Positions 54,280 to 64,000 of a stretch of 64,000 bases of DNA are shown piece by piece; position 1 is the stretch's first letter; every line of letters begins with the position of its first letter. This DNA comes from Minutocellus sp. GHC0000111 (taxonomy: Eukaryota), in assembly GCA_977018835.1 (NCBI GenBank), contig OZ361256.1:2108001-2172000 (forward strand), given 5' to 3'. The notes below the pieces were generated by a model. It made no database searches and was not told where the DNA came from. It worked only from the letters and a program-made list of their open reading frames with translations. The position numbers were made by a program, and so were the translations under genes.

Positions 54280-55025
54280 AACTTGAGGAATGCCTTTGCC
54301 GCTCACACCCTCCTCGACGCTGACATTGGCACTGCCATCATTGCTGCATCTGTTCGCATCGTCGCATCTAGACGGTGCCTTGGCCTCCCGTGCCTTCTTC
54401 GTCAGCTACATCAATTCGAGGGGTTGGTTTTTCGTGGGAGGAGGCAAACAAGAGTGATGAGCCAATATTTGAATTGACAAAAACTGTTGAAACTTACAAA
54501 AGCGCGGGGCATCCAAAAGGACCATCATCATCGAATAGCATAACTCACCTCCTCCCTCCGTAAGCGCCGGCGGTAGTTTTGGTAGTACATCGCTCAAGAG
54601 TAGTACAGCAAGCAATGCGCAGCTTTCCAACGACTGATGAGATACCGATCAAATCGGCCACAAGCGGCGGCGGTCACAAGAGCCAAAACCAGATTTTGCG
54701 GGAAAATAGTACAAAATGTGCGAAGCACTAATTCATAATTCGACCGTCGTCTGGCCGTCGTCAGCTCTCTCGACAAATAAATTAACGATCTACCGTCGCA
54801 AGGGCCGACCCTTGCCGGTGGTACCGCATACGCATGGTGATGATGATGTCCAAGACATTGCACTGGATATTCTACACAAGCTACTTTAACTGTATGCAGA
54901 GCTTCATTATTAGGTACCTTTGTGCGTTAGAAAATGGTTCAATTTCGTTTGCTAGATCTACCTGCATACAAATGTATACCGGTACCATCCTTCTTTTTTA
55001 CTTTTTTCCTCATACTTCTGACTTC

Positions 55026-56090
55026 TCACTTGTCGTTGCCGAGGATAACAGGAAGCGAGCCCTTGTTGTTGCCAACGATGATTACTTTCGAATTGGGAGA
55101 CTCTGCAATCTTTTCAGTTGCCTCGATTCCTTTCCACTGCAAAAGGCTGGGCGTAATACCTTTTGAGACTATGTTCTGAAATTCGGCGATTCCCTCTGCC
55201 TCGATCGCTTTCCGCTGCGCTTCCTGCGTTTCCTTTTTGAGGACAAACTCCATCCTGGACGATTCTTGTTCGGCCCGTGCCTTCTCTTCGATGGAAGCAG
55301 ATAGATCCTTTGGCAAAATGACAGCCTTCAACAAAACATCTTCAATGACAATGCCTCGAGGACTTAGGTTGTTCGTAAGCTCGCTTTTCAGCTTATTTTG
55401 GATCTCGGAGCGACCGGAGGTGTAGAGTGCTTTGGCCTCAGACTCAGACGTCAATCCTCGGACTGCGGAACTAGCTTCGGGGGCAATCAACTTGTCCCTA
55501 TATCCCTTGCCTACCGATGCATACAGCGAGGTAGCACTATCTGGCGCAAGGCGGTATAGAATGGCCGTGTCGAGCTCCACGGTCAGGCCCTCTTTCGTTG
55601 GAACAAAATTAGACTGTTCAAGGAGAGTTGTCTTGGTGGAGAGATAATCGACGCGTGAAATAAGCGGAGCGACAACGTGTAAGCCAGGATTGAGCTGAGA
55701 AAGAGTACCAAGCTTGCTGACAATAGCGATTTCTCCCGTGTCAACAATTTGAACACTGCTGATCAGGAGAAGGACTGCGGCAGCGATAGAAGCCAGGCCA
55801 GCGCGTGTGTCAACGACGCTCTTCTGCAGTGATGATAATTCTTGTCCATCTTCATCATTGTTGGGGGGTTTGAAGAGTGATAGTGAAGTGTTGCGTGTAG
55901 AGGAAGAGCGGCGAGAATGCGTTGGAGCACATGCGCTGCTGCTTCGAAATGAACGCACTCCAGTCTTGGCAGGAACATGCACGGGCGAGAAAGCCGCGCA
56001 CAAATCTTTCCCGTTGGCGAGGCACACTAGCACCAATGCATATATGGCGGCGCCCAGGGGCGTCTTTCCGGTTAATGTAGGGCGCTTCAT
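55026..56090 (-). CDS. SPFH/band-7 (prohibitin-like) protein with probable plastid presequence
   Basis: PTKEGLTVELDTAILYRL, SIEEKARAEQE, AEGIAEFQNIV.KGITPSLLQWKGIEATEKIA.SPNSKV. Signal peptide followed by AAF. Confidence 0.9.
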   Translation of the reverse strand: MKRPTLTGKTPLGAAIYALVLVCLANGKDLCAAFSPVHVPAKTGVRSFRSSSACAPTHSRRSSSTRNTSLSLFKPPNNDEDGQELSSLQKSVVDTRAGLASIAAAVLLLISSVQIVDTGEIAIVSKLGTLSQLNPGLHVVAPLISRVDYLSTKTTLLEQSNFVPTKEGLTVELDTAILYRLAPDSATSLYASVGKGYRDKLIAPEASSAVRGLTSESEAKALYTSGRSEIQNKLKSELTNNLSPRGIVIEDVLLKAVILPKDLSASIEEKARAEQESSRMEFVLKKETQEAQRKAIEAEGIAEFQNIVSKGITPSLLQWKGIEATEKIAESPNSKVIIVGNNKGSLPVILGNDK

Positions 56091-56395
56091 TGATTACACA
56101 CTCGTTCTTCGCAGACATGGATGTGGAAACACGAGGATTGTGAGCTTTGTGGCTTTCGATTTCGCACGCAACTTTCTGCGGCACCTGCACTCCACGGAAT
56201 CAAACATGACTCTGGTTCCATCGTGGAAAAAGGAATGGATGAAAGATTCGTACACAAAAGATCTGACTGTGTGGCGGCAATCAGCCAGCGGCAAAATAAA
56301 ACCAGATCTTGCGCTTCGAGCAACAAATCTACAAAATGCGTGAAGCACTAAATTTGCCTTGCCATTTGCCATTTTTGTTGAGAAAGCAGCCAACG

Positions 56396-57442
56396 ATGGG
56401 GAAGCCACCGGCGGCCAAGCGGCGGAAGACGGCACGCCACGACGACGCGTCCACGTCTTCCAGCCTCGTCAGTCGCACTACCACTACCAGCCGTCGGACG
56501 ACACGGAGCCAAAAGCCAAGGCTCAGCGCCGAGCTGCTCGCGCGGGTGGCCTCGTACGCGTCGCTGGGTCAAGATCTGCTCAGCCTTTGCATCGTAGCTG
56601 GTCCCAAGGACGGCGCCGTCATTCGCCATGCCTACCTCCGCCGCAACCTGATCTACCCGATGCACTTTCTATATGAGTTTGTCATGGGCAAGGTGAAGTG
56701 GGAGACGTGCCGCGATCGCTACAGGGACTGGATGGAGGTGAACTCAGATTGGAAGACGGCATGGGTGTCCGACGGGCGGATTGAGATGATGGAAAAGGTC
56801 ATTTCCGACGACGAAGGCGTCCTGATAACCCCATCTCTTGCGTTCAACAACCCTGCCCTTGCCATCGAATTGGGCCTGACGGAGGTTCTGAAGCACCTCG
56901 TGGAGGAGAAGGGTATCAACATTAACGATTATCGGTGGAATTCCTACGGCACTTGCAGCTACGGAGGACAGGCTTTCCACCTACTATCGTATTGCATCGA
57001 ATCCTACAACCTTGAGGCATTCCAGTATCTTTTGGGACAACCGGATGGTGACATTCATTGCTTGAGGCGCCAGGGAGGCGGCGATTTTACGATCCTTGAT
57101 GCTGCGTTCCGTCACCCGAAGGCAACGGCATTCCTTCGAGAGCTCGTTCGGCATCCCTCTTTCGACATCAAAAGGTCCTTCTCGTTGGAATTTTCTGAAA
57201 CCATTTCCCCCCTTCATTTGGCTATTCGTTTCCTCGCCATTGATTCTAAGCAAGACTGGTTCGATCTGCCAACTTGGAAGGCCAACTTCCAGCTCCTGCT
57301 ATCGGTTGGGGGCGATCCCTACATGGAAACTTTACAAGGCGATGCCATTCAGTACGCCAAGGCCGAGCTTGCCAACGGCCCGGGGCATCAGGGTCTGAAG
57401 GATGCAGTCGACATTCTTGAGGATTGGGTGGCTATCAAATGA
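56396..57442 (+). CDS. Hypothetical protein with basic N-terminus, F-box-like segment and degenerate ankyrin repeats
   Basis: LSAELLARVASY; AIELGLTEVLKHLVEEKGININD; SPLHLA. Confidence 0.7.
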   Translation: MGKPPAAKRRKTARHDDASTSSSLVSRTTTTSRRTTRSQKPRLSAELLARVASYASLGQDLLSLCIVAGPKDGAVIRHAYLRRNLIYPMHFLYEFVMGKVKWETCRDRYRDWMEVNSDWKTAWVSDGRIEMMEKVISDDEGVLITPSLAFNNPALAIELGLTEVLKHLVEEKGININDYRWNSYGTCSYGGQAFHLLSYCIESYNLEAFQYLLGQPDGDIHCLRRQGGGDFTILDAAFRHPKATAFLRELVRHPSFDIKRSFSLEFSETISPLHLAIRFLAIDSKQDWFDLPTWKANFQLLLSVGGDPYMETLQGDAIQYAKAELANGPGHQGLKDAVDILEDWVAIK

Positions 57443-57624
57443 ACAAAGGTTTTCATCGCAGTGTTCCTTTGGGCACCGTCATTGCCGTCATCGTCGTCAT
57501 CAGCATCCAGCATGCGACGTGAGCAATAAAAATAGAAATTCTCAAAACAAACAAAGATACTAGAGTAGACCTTTATTGTTGTTCCTACTCTACGTAAAAT
57601 ATTCCAGTGTGCTCGCCTACTCAT

Positions 57625-59207
57625 TTATTTGGCCCTAGCCTTGGTAACCTTCCTCATCTTGCCAGCACCTGCACGTCCCTTCTTCTTCTTGTATCCGTAA
57701 CTCGATTCGTCATTGTATTCGTAATCGTACGCAGTCTCGCCCTTGGCATATTCGCCACGACGGATGGCCTTTTGCTTCTCCACGCCACCGCCCTTGATGA
57801 CCAGATCCAACATCTTGGAATTACGATCCGCCTCGGTCTTGGCCACCTTGCGATCCGTCGCGGACTCAAACTTGCGCTTCTTGAGGCCAGCCATTGCCTT
57901 CTTCCTCTCGGGCTCACCCTCACGCATCATATCGAACTTACCCAGCGACGCCGTCGATCGCTGAGTGGCAATAAGAGCGGCCTTGGTCAGGTTCTTACCA
58001 CGCTGCTTGGAGCTGGCCATATCCACGGGAATGCCACTGGGCATCGATCCGCCACCGGCCTTGCCAGCCTCGCGAGCCCTGGCCTTGTCCTTAAAGGCAC
58101 GGGTCGTGGTGCCCTTGGCCAGCATTCCTGCCCTTTCCATGTTGCGCAGGCGATTCTCGGTATTCTTGTCCACACGCGCCTTCTTGGCATCCCAAGCGCG
58201 CTCCCAGGGATCCTCGTACGGGTCCTCGTTGCCCTTGACCTCCATGATGGGCCACTCGGTGTTGGTCGCATCGTTGGCCTTTTGGTACCCATGACGGTAC
58301 ATCCATGTGCCAGTGGCCTCGTCCCACACCTTGCGCGAACGCTTCTCCTTGTTGGTGGGAATACCACGTTCCTTGGCAAATTTCTCCCACTTGGTCTCCT
58401 GCTTGGGAGGCGGAGGAGGCTGTATCGTGGTGATAATATGGGTGGGGATGATAAAAGAGTTAGTGAGAATGTGAAGATATGCAGTGTTGAAGCAAAAGTT
58501 TCACATCACATAGACATTCCATCCTCGATGAACACCACCAGCACTACTTACCAACTCGCGGGGAGTCTTGATCTCAAACTGCTGCGGCAAAAGTCCCATG
58601 GGACCGGAATCGGTCCGCTCGGTTTCCAAGCTCCACAACCCCTTGAGGATCTGCTGACATCCCTCGCGGGCGGTTTCGAGGAGCTGATCCTCGTTGATGA
58701 TGGTGGTGGTGTCGGTGGGTGGGATAGTGGCACTCAGCTTGTCGCCCAGGGCAGCGGCATTAGGTCGTTCTTCTTCTTGCCCTTCTTGCCCTTCTTCTTA
58801 CTGCTACTTTCGGAATGCGCCTTGTACAGCGTCGCGGTGTTGACCTGATGCGAGTTGATGGCGGTCAAGTTGCGCAAATCGAGGGTGCAGCTCTCGTCGC
58901 CGGTGTAGATCTCCTTCTGCTCGCCATCGTCAGAGGCATCATCGTCGGCATCTTCTCCCTCTGAATCAACATCCTCATCGCTGTCATCATCGCCATATCC
59001 ATCGGCCTGCAGGGCATCTTCCTCCTCGTCCTCTTCATTCTCGGATGCAGACGAAGCATTATCGTCGTCGTCGTCGCTATCCTGTTCGTCGGACGACGAT
59101 CCACCGTGCTCCTCCTGCACTTCCAGCTCTTCCTCCTCCTCTTCGGAAGAGGAGGTTTCCACCTTGCGATTCCTCTTGCTGCGACGGAGAGGTGTCTTCT
59201 TTGCCAT
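57625..59207 (-). pseudogene. RRS1: Ribosome biogenesis regulator RRS1 with a frameshift at ~58762; intron 58420-58551
   Basis: DLRNLTA; AREGCQQIL; PRE(L)|PPPPPKQETKWEKFAKERGI; VWDE; STASLGKFD. The frame breaks at aac gac CT aat gcc. Confidence 0.88.
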
Positions 59208-59411
59208 GGTTTTGTTTTGGTTTGGTTTGTTCTTTGGAGTTTGAGTTGGTTTTGCGCAGCTGCATGGTTTTGTGCCGATTTTCTTTCTTGGTTCTGGAGC
59301 GCAAGGGAGACGGTTGACTGAAGGACTGCGGCTGCGACGAAAAATACGTGCAGGCAGTTTTCCATCAGCCAGCGCAATGACGAGCGAGCAAGAACGACGG
59401 CACAAAGAACC

Positions 59412-60293
59412 ATGGGAGCAGTACACGGCTGTCACCTGAAATATGTTGGACTATCGGCGCTATCCGTCGCTGGTTATGCAGCGCTGACTTCCGAGCAAAT
59501 GCTGCTCGAGGATGCAGCCATCATTCTGGCGCGTGGCCTTCGCGCCAGTGCTGGTACTGCCGCATCTGCCGCCGCCGTTACCGCCGAGGGAGGTGGCGGC
59601 GCCAGTTTGCTCTCGGCCTCGGCGGCTCTGCTGCACTTGTCCACCAAGGCCATGCTGGGGTACTCGGCCGTGTTAAATGGCGGCATTGCCGTGCTGTTCA
59701 AATTGCGCAAGGGCATGGGCTTGATAGGGAAGGACCCACGAACAGGTCAAATTCCCTTGTGGTCCTATCTCGTCTATGCACCCTTCCACGTGCCGACCAA
59801 AGTGTACACGCACATTCACACCCTCGTGGGCAAGTACAAGCCGGCCAAGAAAAGTGTTCCCGTGGCGTCGGAAGTGCAACCTGGCTGGTGGGTTGGGGGA
59901 TGCTACGCACACGAACTCGATCGCGATTGGGGAGGCATCGTCGACCTTACCGTCGAATTTCCAGAATCTTGCTTTGACAGGAGTGAGAACTATCTGCTTG
60001 TTCCCACCTGGGATGGCGTACCAGCAAATCCGGCACAATTGGAGGAGGCCGCAACCTTTGCAGTCAAGGCAAGAGAGCGTGGCGATGTAATTATACACTG
60101 TGCTCACGGACGTGGACGATCCACCACCGTCATGTGTGCTGCGTTGGTCAAAGCTGGGATGTATCCGACGTGGCAGGAGGCATTCGAGAAGGGCATCAAA
60201 CCTGGACGGCCTGTGTGTAAGCTGAATAGCAAGATGAGACAGGCACTGACCGAATGGCAGGCAGATTATGTCGATGGAAGGAAGATGAAGTAG
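59412..60293 (+). CDS. Membrane-associated dual-specificity phosphatase-like protein
   Basis: HCAHGRGRS (CX5R), IVDLTVEFPE, PTWDG. Confidence 0.85.
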   Translation: MGAVHGCHLKYVGLSALSVAGYAALTSEQMLLEDAAIILARGLRASAGTAASAAAVTAEGGGGASLLSASAALLHLSTKAMLGYSAVLNGGIAVLFKLRKGMGLIGKDPRTGQIPLWSYLVYAPFHVPTKVYTHIHTLVGKYKPAKKSVPVASEVQPGWWVGGCYAHELDRDWGGIVDLTVEFPESCFDRSENYLLVPTWDGVPANPAQLEEAATFAVKARERGDVIIHCAHGRGRSTTVMCAALVKAGMYPTWQEAFEKGIKPGRPVCKLNSKMRQALTEWQADYVDGRKMK

Positions 60294-60505
60294 TACTATT
60301 ATGTTTCAACTTTGCGGCCACAAGGTTACAATACGACGTACAATACTGTGCGCGGTACATGCAAAGAACTGTATATAATATTTTATAGAGGAAACAGTTT
60401 TGAATTGAAACAAATGAATGAATCTACTTGGCCACAACATCGGCAAATCAAAGTCTTCGACCGTCGATATATATTATTGAGAGTATAAATATTCACTTGC
60501 CCAAT

Positions 60506-61372
60506 TCATGTCTTTAGGGGTCCCTTTTTGTCCTGCTCCTCCTTCATAAAGAATGGGCGAATGGCATTGCCAAGAGAACTCCTCAGCATGCAACCTCCAT
60601 CGACGAATATAGGCCCGCCTGTCATGAATGACGCTCGCTCGGAGCATAGAAAAGCAACCAACTCTGCCACCTCGCTTGGCTGACCTGGTCGTTTCTTGGC
60701 ATGAGAATCTCCAACGCGTTTGAGAAATTCGCCCGTATCTGCCCCAAGTCCCTCTATAGCTGGAGTATGGATAAGTCCAGGAGCCACACTAAAAACACGA
60801 AGACCACGAGGAGCATACTCTAACGCAAGCTGACGTATGGCCATGTCGACGGCGGCCTTACATATCGCATAAATTGCTGCGCCTGGATGTCCCATCGATC
60901 CAGCAACACTGCTCAGGCCAATGAAACATCCACCTTTGGGGCTTTCCAAGAGATGTTTTCTTATATATCGAAAACATGACATCATGCCCTTGAGATGCAG
61001 GTTGAACGAGCCTTCCCATCCAGAGTCGAAATTCCCAGAATCGAAAAGCGCTTCGAAGCTTCCGTAGGAATCGGCACCAAAGTAGCCCGGGCAGTAGCAA
61101 ACGAAGTCCACGCTTTCCCCAAGATATGTAACAGCCTTCTCCATTCCAGATTTAATGCTGCTCTCCTCTGTAGCATCCACCACCACGGCATGACAGTTGT
61201 CCTTGCCGCTGATGGCTGCATCGAGCCTGTCCTGACTTCTTGACATGTACACAACATGAGCACCTCGAGAGGAAAGAAGATCGGCTATTGCCCGGCCGAT
61301 GCCGTAGCTGGCGCCTAAAGCTATGCATTTCCGACCAGTGTGGTCCTCCCCGTCTTTTGTTGCTGGTGCCAT
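60506..61372 (-). CDS. Short-chain dehydrogenase/reductase
   Basis: GASYGIG, catalytic YAICK, VAPGLIHT, VDGG. Confidence 0.92.
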   Translation of the reverse strand: MAPATKDGEDHTGRKCIALGASYGIGRAIADLLSSRGAHVVYMSRSQDRLDAAISGKDNCHAVVVDATEESSIKSGMEKAVTYLGESVDFVCYCPGYFGADSYGSFEALFDSGNFDSGWEGSFNLHLKGMMSCFRYIRKHLLESPKGGCFIGLSSVAGSMGHPGAAIYAICKAAVDMAIRQLALEYAPRGLRVFSVAPGLIHTPAIEGLGADTGEFLKRVGDSHAKKRPGQPSEVAELVAFLCSERASFMTGGPIFVDGGCMLRSSLGNAIRPFFMKEEQDKKGPLKT

Positions 61373-61776
61373 GATTCAGTGACAACAGAGGATAGGAGTA
61401 TCTTTCGGCTACAATGGAATGAGGAATGAGTTGGCATGGGCTCGGCTTGACTTGTTCGACTCAACTGGCTTGGTTGCAGTTTTCCACTTTTCCACCCCGC
61501 CGCCGGCTCGTCTGCTCCACGATTGTATTGTCCGCCCGCTCTCCACGCTGCTGCCGCAACACGCGCATAACGAGTTGCAGGCCCAACAATACGTGCACAT
61601 AGGGGAGAAGTGTGCCTTGGCCTTGGCTTAAGTTCCTGGGCACCAATTCTTTGCGTACCCACACATCTATCTCTTGTGCGAACCTCATTCTCTCTCGCGT
61701 CCGCATTGAAGTTCGCAGGTCCGCCCCCCCCCCCTTCGGAAAGGATTCCAGAGTGCGTAAGCACAAAACCAGACAC

Positions 61777-64000
61777 ATGGCCAGCGTGGCATCCAGCTCC
61801 AGTGGATATGGGCCGTTTGATTTGGATGGACCTGATAGCAATAGACCTCTCCACGCTGATCCGATGAAAGGTAAGAACGAAGGGGCTTGTTTCGGCTACC
61901 GCTCGAGATAATTGTGGGCCCGCGGGCCATCTCATTCTCTCATATAATTATTCGCTCGTCGTGTGTCGCTTGCTTCTCACTAACTGAACCTCATGACTTT
62001 CTAATTTGTAGACGAACTCGATAACGAGAATGGGGAGTTGGACACGTCGCTGCCGCTCGAGCTGGCAGAGAGCATGGCGGCGCTAAATGCCTTTGGTGGC
62101 TTTGGTGGGAATGAGGAACAACCGCACAGGAGGGGCGTGAAAGCTACTTCTCCTGGTGGCGAGCGTAACGACGCAATGGGAAATAATTATCACTCCTCTG
62201 GCAATTTGCCGGATAATGTTTATGCAGACGGACTAGGAGATTCGGATGGACAAGAGGAGGCTTCCAGTAGCGTGCAATATGTCGGAGACGAAACGTTGGA
62301 CGAATCTGCCAATTTTGAATACTCGCTCGATGCCGGTGACCAGGACCTCACACCCGAACGGTTGTCCAGGCCGTCGCACTCGTTCACTCCTTCGCCACCG
62401 TCAAGAGAAAAGGAACCGACAGCGGTAGCTCGAACGGCAAATGATGATGCGTATACCACAACAGATGATGATGCTACGGAGGATGGCAAACCATTGTCAG
62501 GTCGGAGATATTTTGAGGAGGAGGAGGAAGATTCCGTAGACCAGCGGGTGGATGAAGATGCTTTCACAGATGCGGATGCATCGGTACCCGAGCACGTTGT
62601 TGATAATGTTGAACTAGACGGTATGCAAAATTTGGACAGGGGCATGCTGGAGGAGGGGGTGGGGTACGAAGAGGATGAGGACGACAGAGATATCGTACGG
62701 ACGGATACCGATTTGAGCGGGATAAGTGATCCTATCAATGGCCTGAAGGAAGAGAATCCGGAGGTCAAACCCGTGACAAGTGATCTCGATGTCCTTAATG
62801 AGCACAATGGTAGTAGTAAAGACGAACATGATGAAAAAGTTGACGATGATAGTGGTGGTGATAGTCAAGATGCTACAGAGCTAGATATTGCCACCTCCAA
62901 TGCTGACGACAAAGATCGTCCATCGACCCCACCGGTCGCTGATTTGGCTGCCCAGACTGCACAGACACCTACTTCCGCTCAAGACACAACACAAGCAGCT
63001 GCATTTTCGAGTGATGTGGGGAAGTACTTTAATGACAAATCGGGTCCCAGTGATGTGGATAACGATGAGAAGGAAGGTCCGAGTGCTTGGTTATCCAAAT
63101 TATAGGCGGATGAGTCCTTAATTGCCGTCAACATAGATGCCGAGCGAATTGTGATGATGGAAGATACCGATCTCAAGCCGGCAGTGCAAGAGCCTGAACT
63201 CGATGGTGAACCGGCATTTTTATCTGTTAAAAAGAAGCGAGCTCCAAAGTCTTCCAGTACCGATTCCGGCGGTGCTGTAGCTAGCACTGGCAAGCCGGTC
63301 CCTCCTACTGCTCCTGGTACTGTCACAAGCAGCAGCCCCTCTCTAGATTCCGCCCCGGCATTCCCCGTAGTATCGACAAAAGGCGATGCACACGAAGGCA
63401 AAAGTCGGTCAACAGATCCTCCGGGGAAACCACCGCTCCCTTCGAACGGGCCAGAAAGAGCCCCACCGAAACGTAGTTCTGCACCGCAAGAAGCAGATTC
63501 TGAAGAAACCTCGGCTTTGGTTAGCAAAAAAGAAGCAGATCAAATAGTCTCGACTGGTTCAAGCAGTAGCAGAAAGGTCGATCCCGATATCAAAGCTGAA
63601 GCCAAGCCAGAAGCACCGGTAGGCCTCCTTCGTGGGTGGTCTGAGCCTTCGCGATCAGAGCCTTCCCAGACGGAGTCACAATCGTCCGTCGGTGAGGTGG
63701 ATGACTTGCCATCGGATGCTTCGGCACTGCCCGACGCCCGACCAATTCTGGCCCGTGGCAACATCTTAACACGCTCATCTCTCCGATCATTGGTGATGAA
63801 GAAGTGGCATTCGTCATTTTGGGTTCGGTATGGACCCACATCCCTCCTTGTATTTCGATCCAAAGACGATTTTGAGGATTGGTTGAACAATCCCTACCAT
63901 TCTCAACGCCAAAGAGATTATCTTGTAAAGGCAAGGCTTGACTTTTTCGGTGAGATGAAGAAGCCAGATGTACGAGGATTCAAGATGACGGATATCAAAC
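61777..64000 (+). CDS. Large acidic disordered protein with a PH-like C-terminal region; exon 61777-61870, intron 61871-62011; in-frame TAG at 63103; runs off the right edge
   Basis: MASVASSSSG..MK g|GTAAG..TAG|ac. After SKL* the frame stays open to the window end, including SLVMKKWHSSFWVRYG..FRSKDDFEDWLNNPY. Confidence 0.65.

Noticed and set aside
24098..63105. Genome-wide reassignment of TAG
   Set aside because: TAF5, eIF2-beta, TBC1D22 and the kinase all end in TAG at plausible C-termini.
1..64000. tRNA, rRNA, CRISPR arrays, telomeric repeats, retroelement RT
   Set aside because: None recognised. The modular repeats at 39181-40309 are TIR subrepeats, not a repeat-spacer array.

Overview
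Gene-dense, GC-rich nuclear DNA of a diatom or closely related stramenopile. Evidence: a fucoxanthin-chlorophyll Lhcf gene, bipartite plastid presequences, an HA-repeat protein and ~100-140 bp GT-AG introns. About 35 genes are present, mostly housekeeping: TAF5, PAN3, eIF2-beta, VAMP7, phosphagen kinase, Na+:solute symporter, mitochondrial carrier, PRP38, TBC1D22, RRS1, kinase, SPFH, SDR, plus a probable nuclear Cox1-c fragment. Four things stand out. (1) Positions 1-6010 recur at 13133-19113 almost base-for-base, and the copies are broken reciprocally: copy A has a truncated eIF2-beta, copy B has a frameshifted PAN3 and a frameshifted neighbour. (2) An NMT1/THI5-like gene is split by a 1129-bp element with TGT...ACA ends, ~167-bp inverted arms and a 4-bp GAGC target duplication. 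Just upstream of it sits a 2.3-kb TA-flanked mariner-like element whose dead DD38D transposase seems to carry an HMG-box-like domain and which contains an antisense ORF. (3) Several single-copy genes carry loss-of-function lesions (RRS1, TBC1D22, the HA protein, two in-frame TAGs, two probable ATG>ATA changes), which suggests a decaying allele or homeolog, or assembly error. (4) Non-coding DNA is rich in TA-(palindrome)-TA words that resemble Tc1/mariner excision footprints. All calls come from reading the sequence; no database searches were run.
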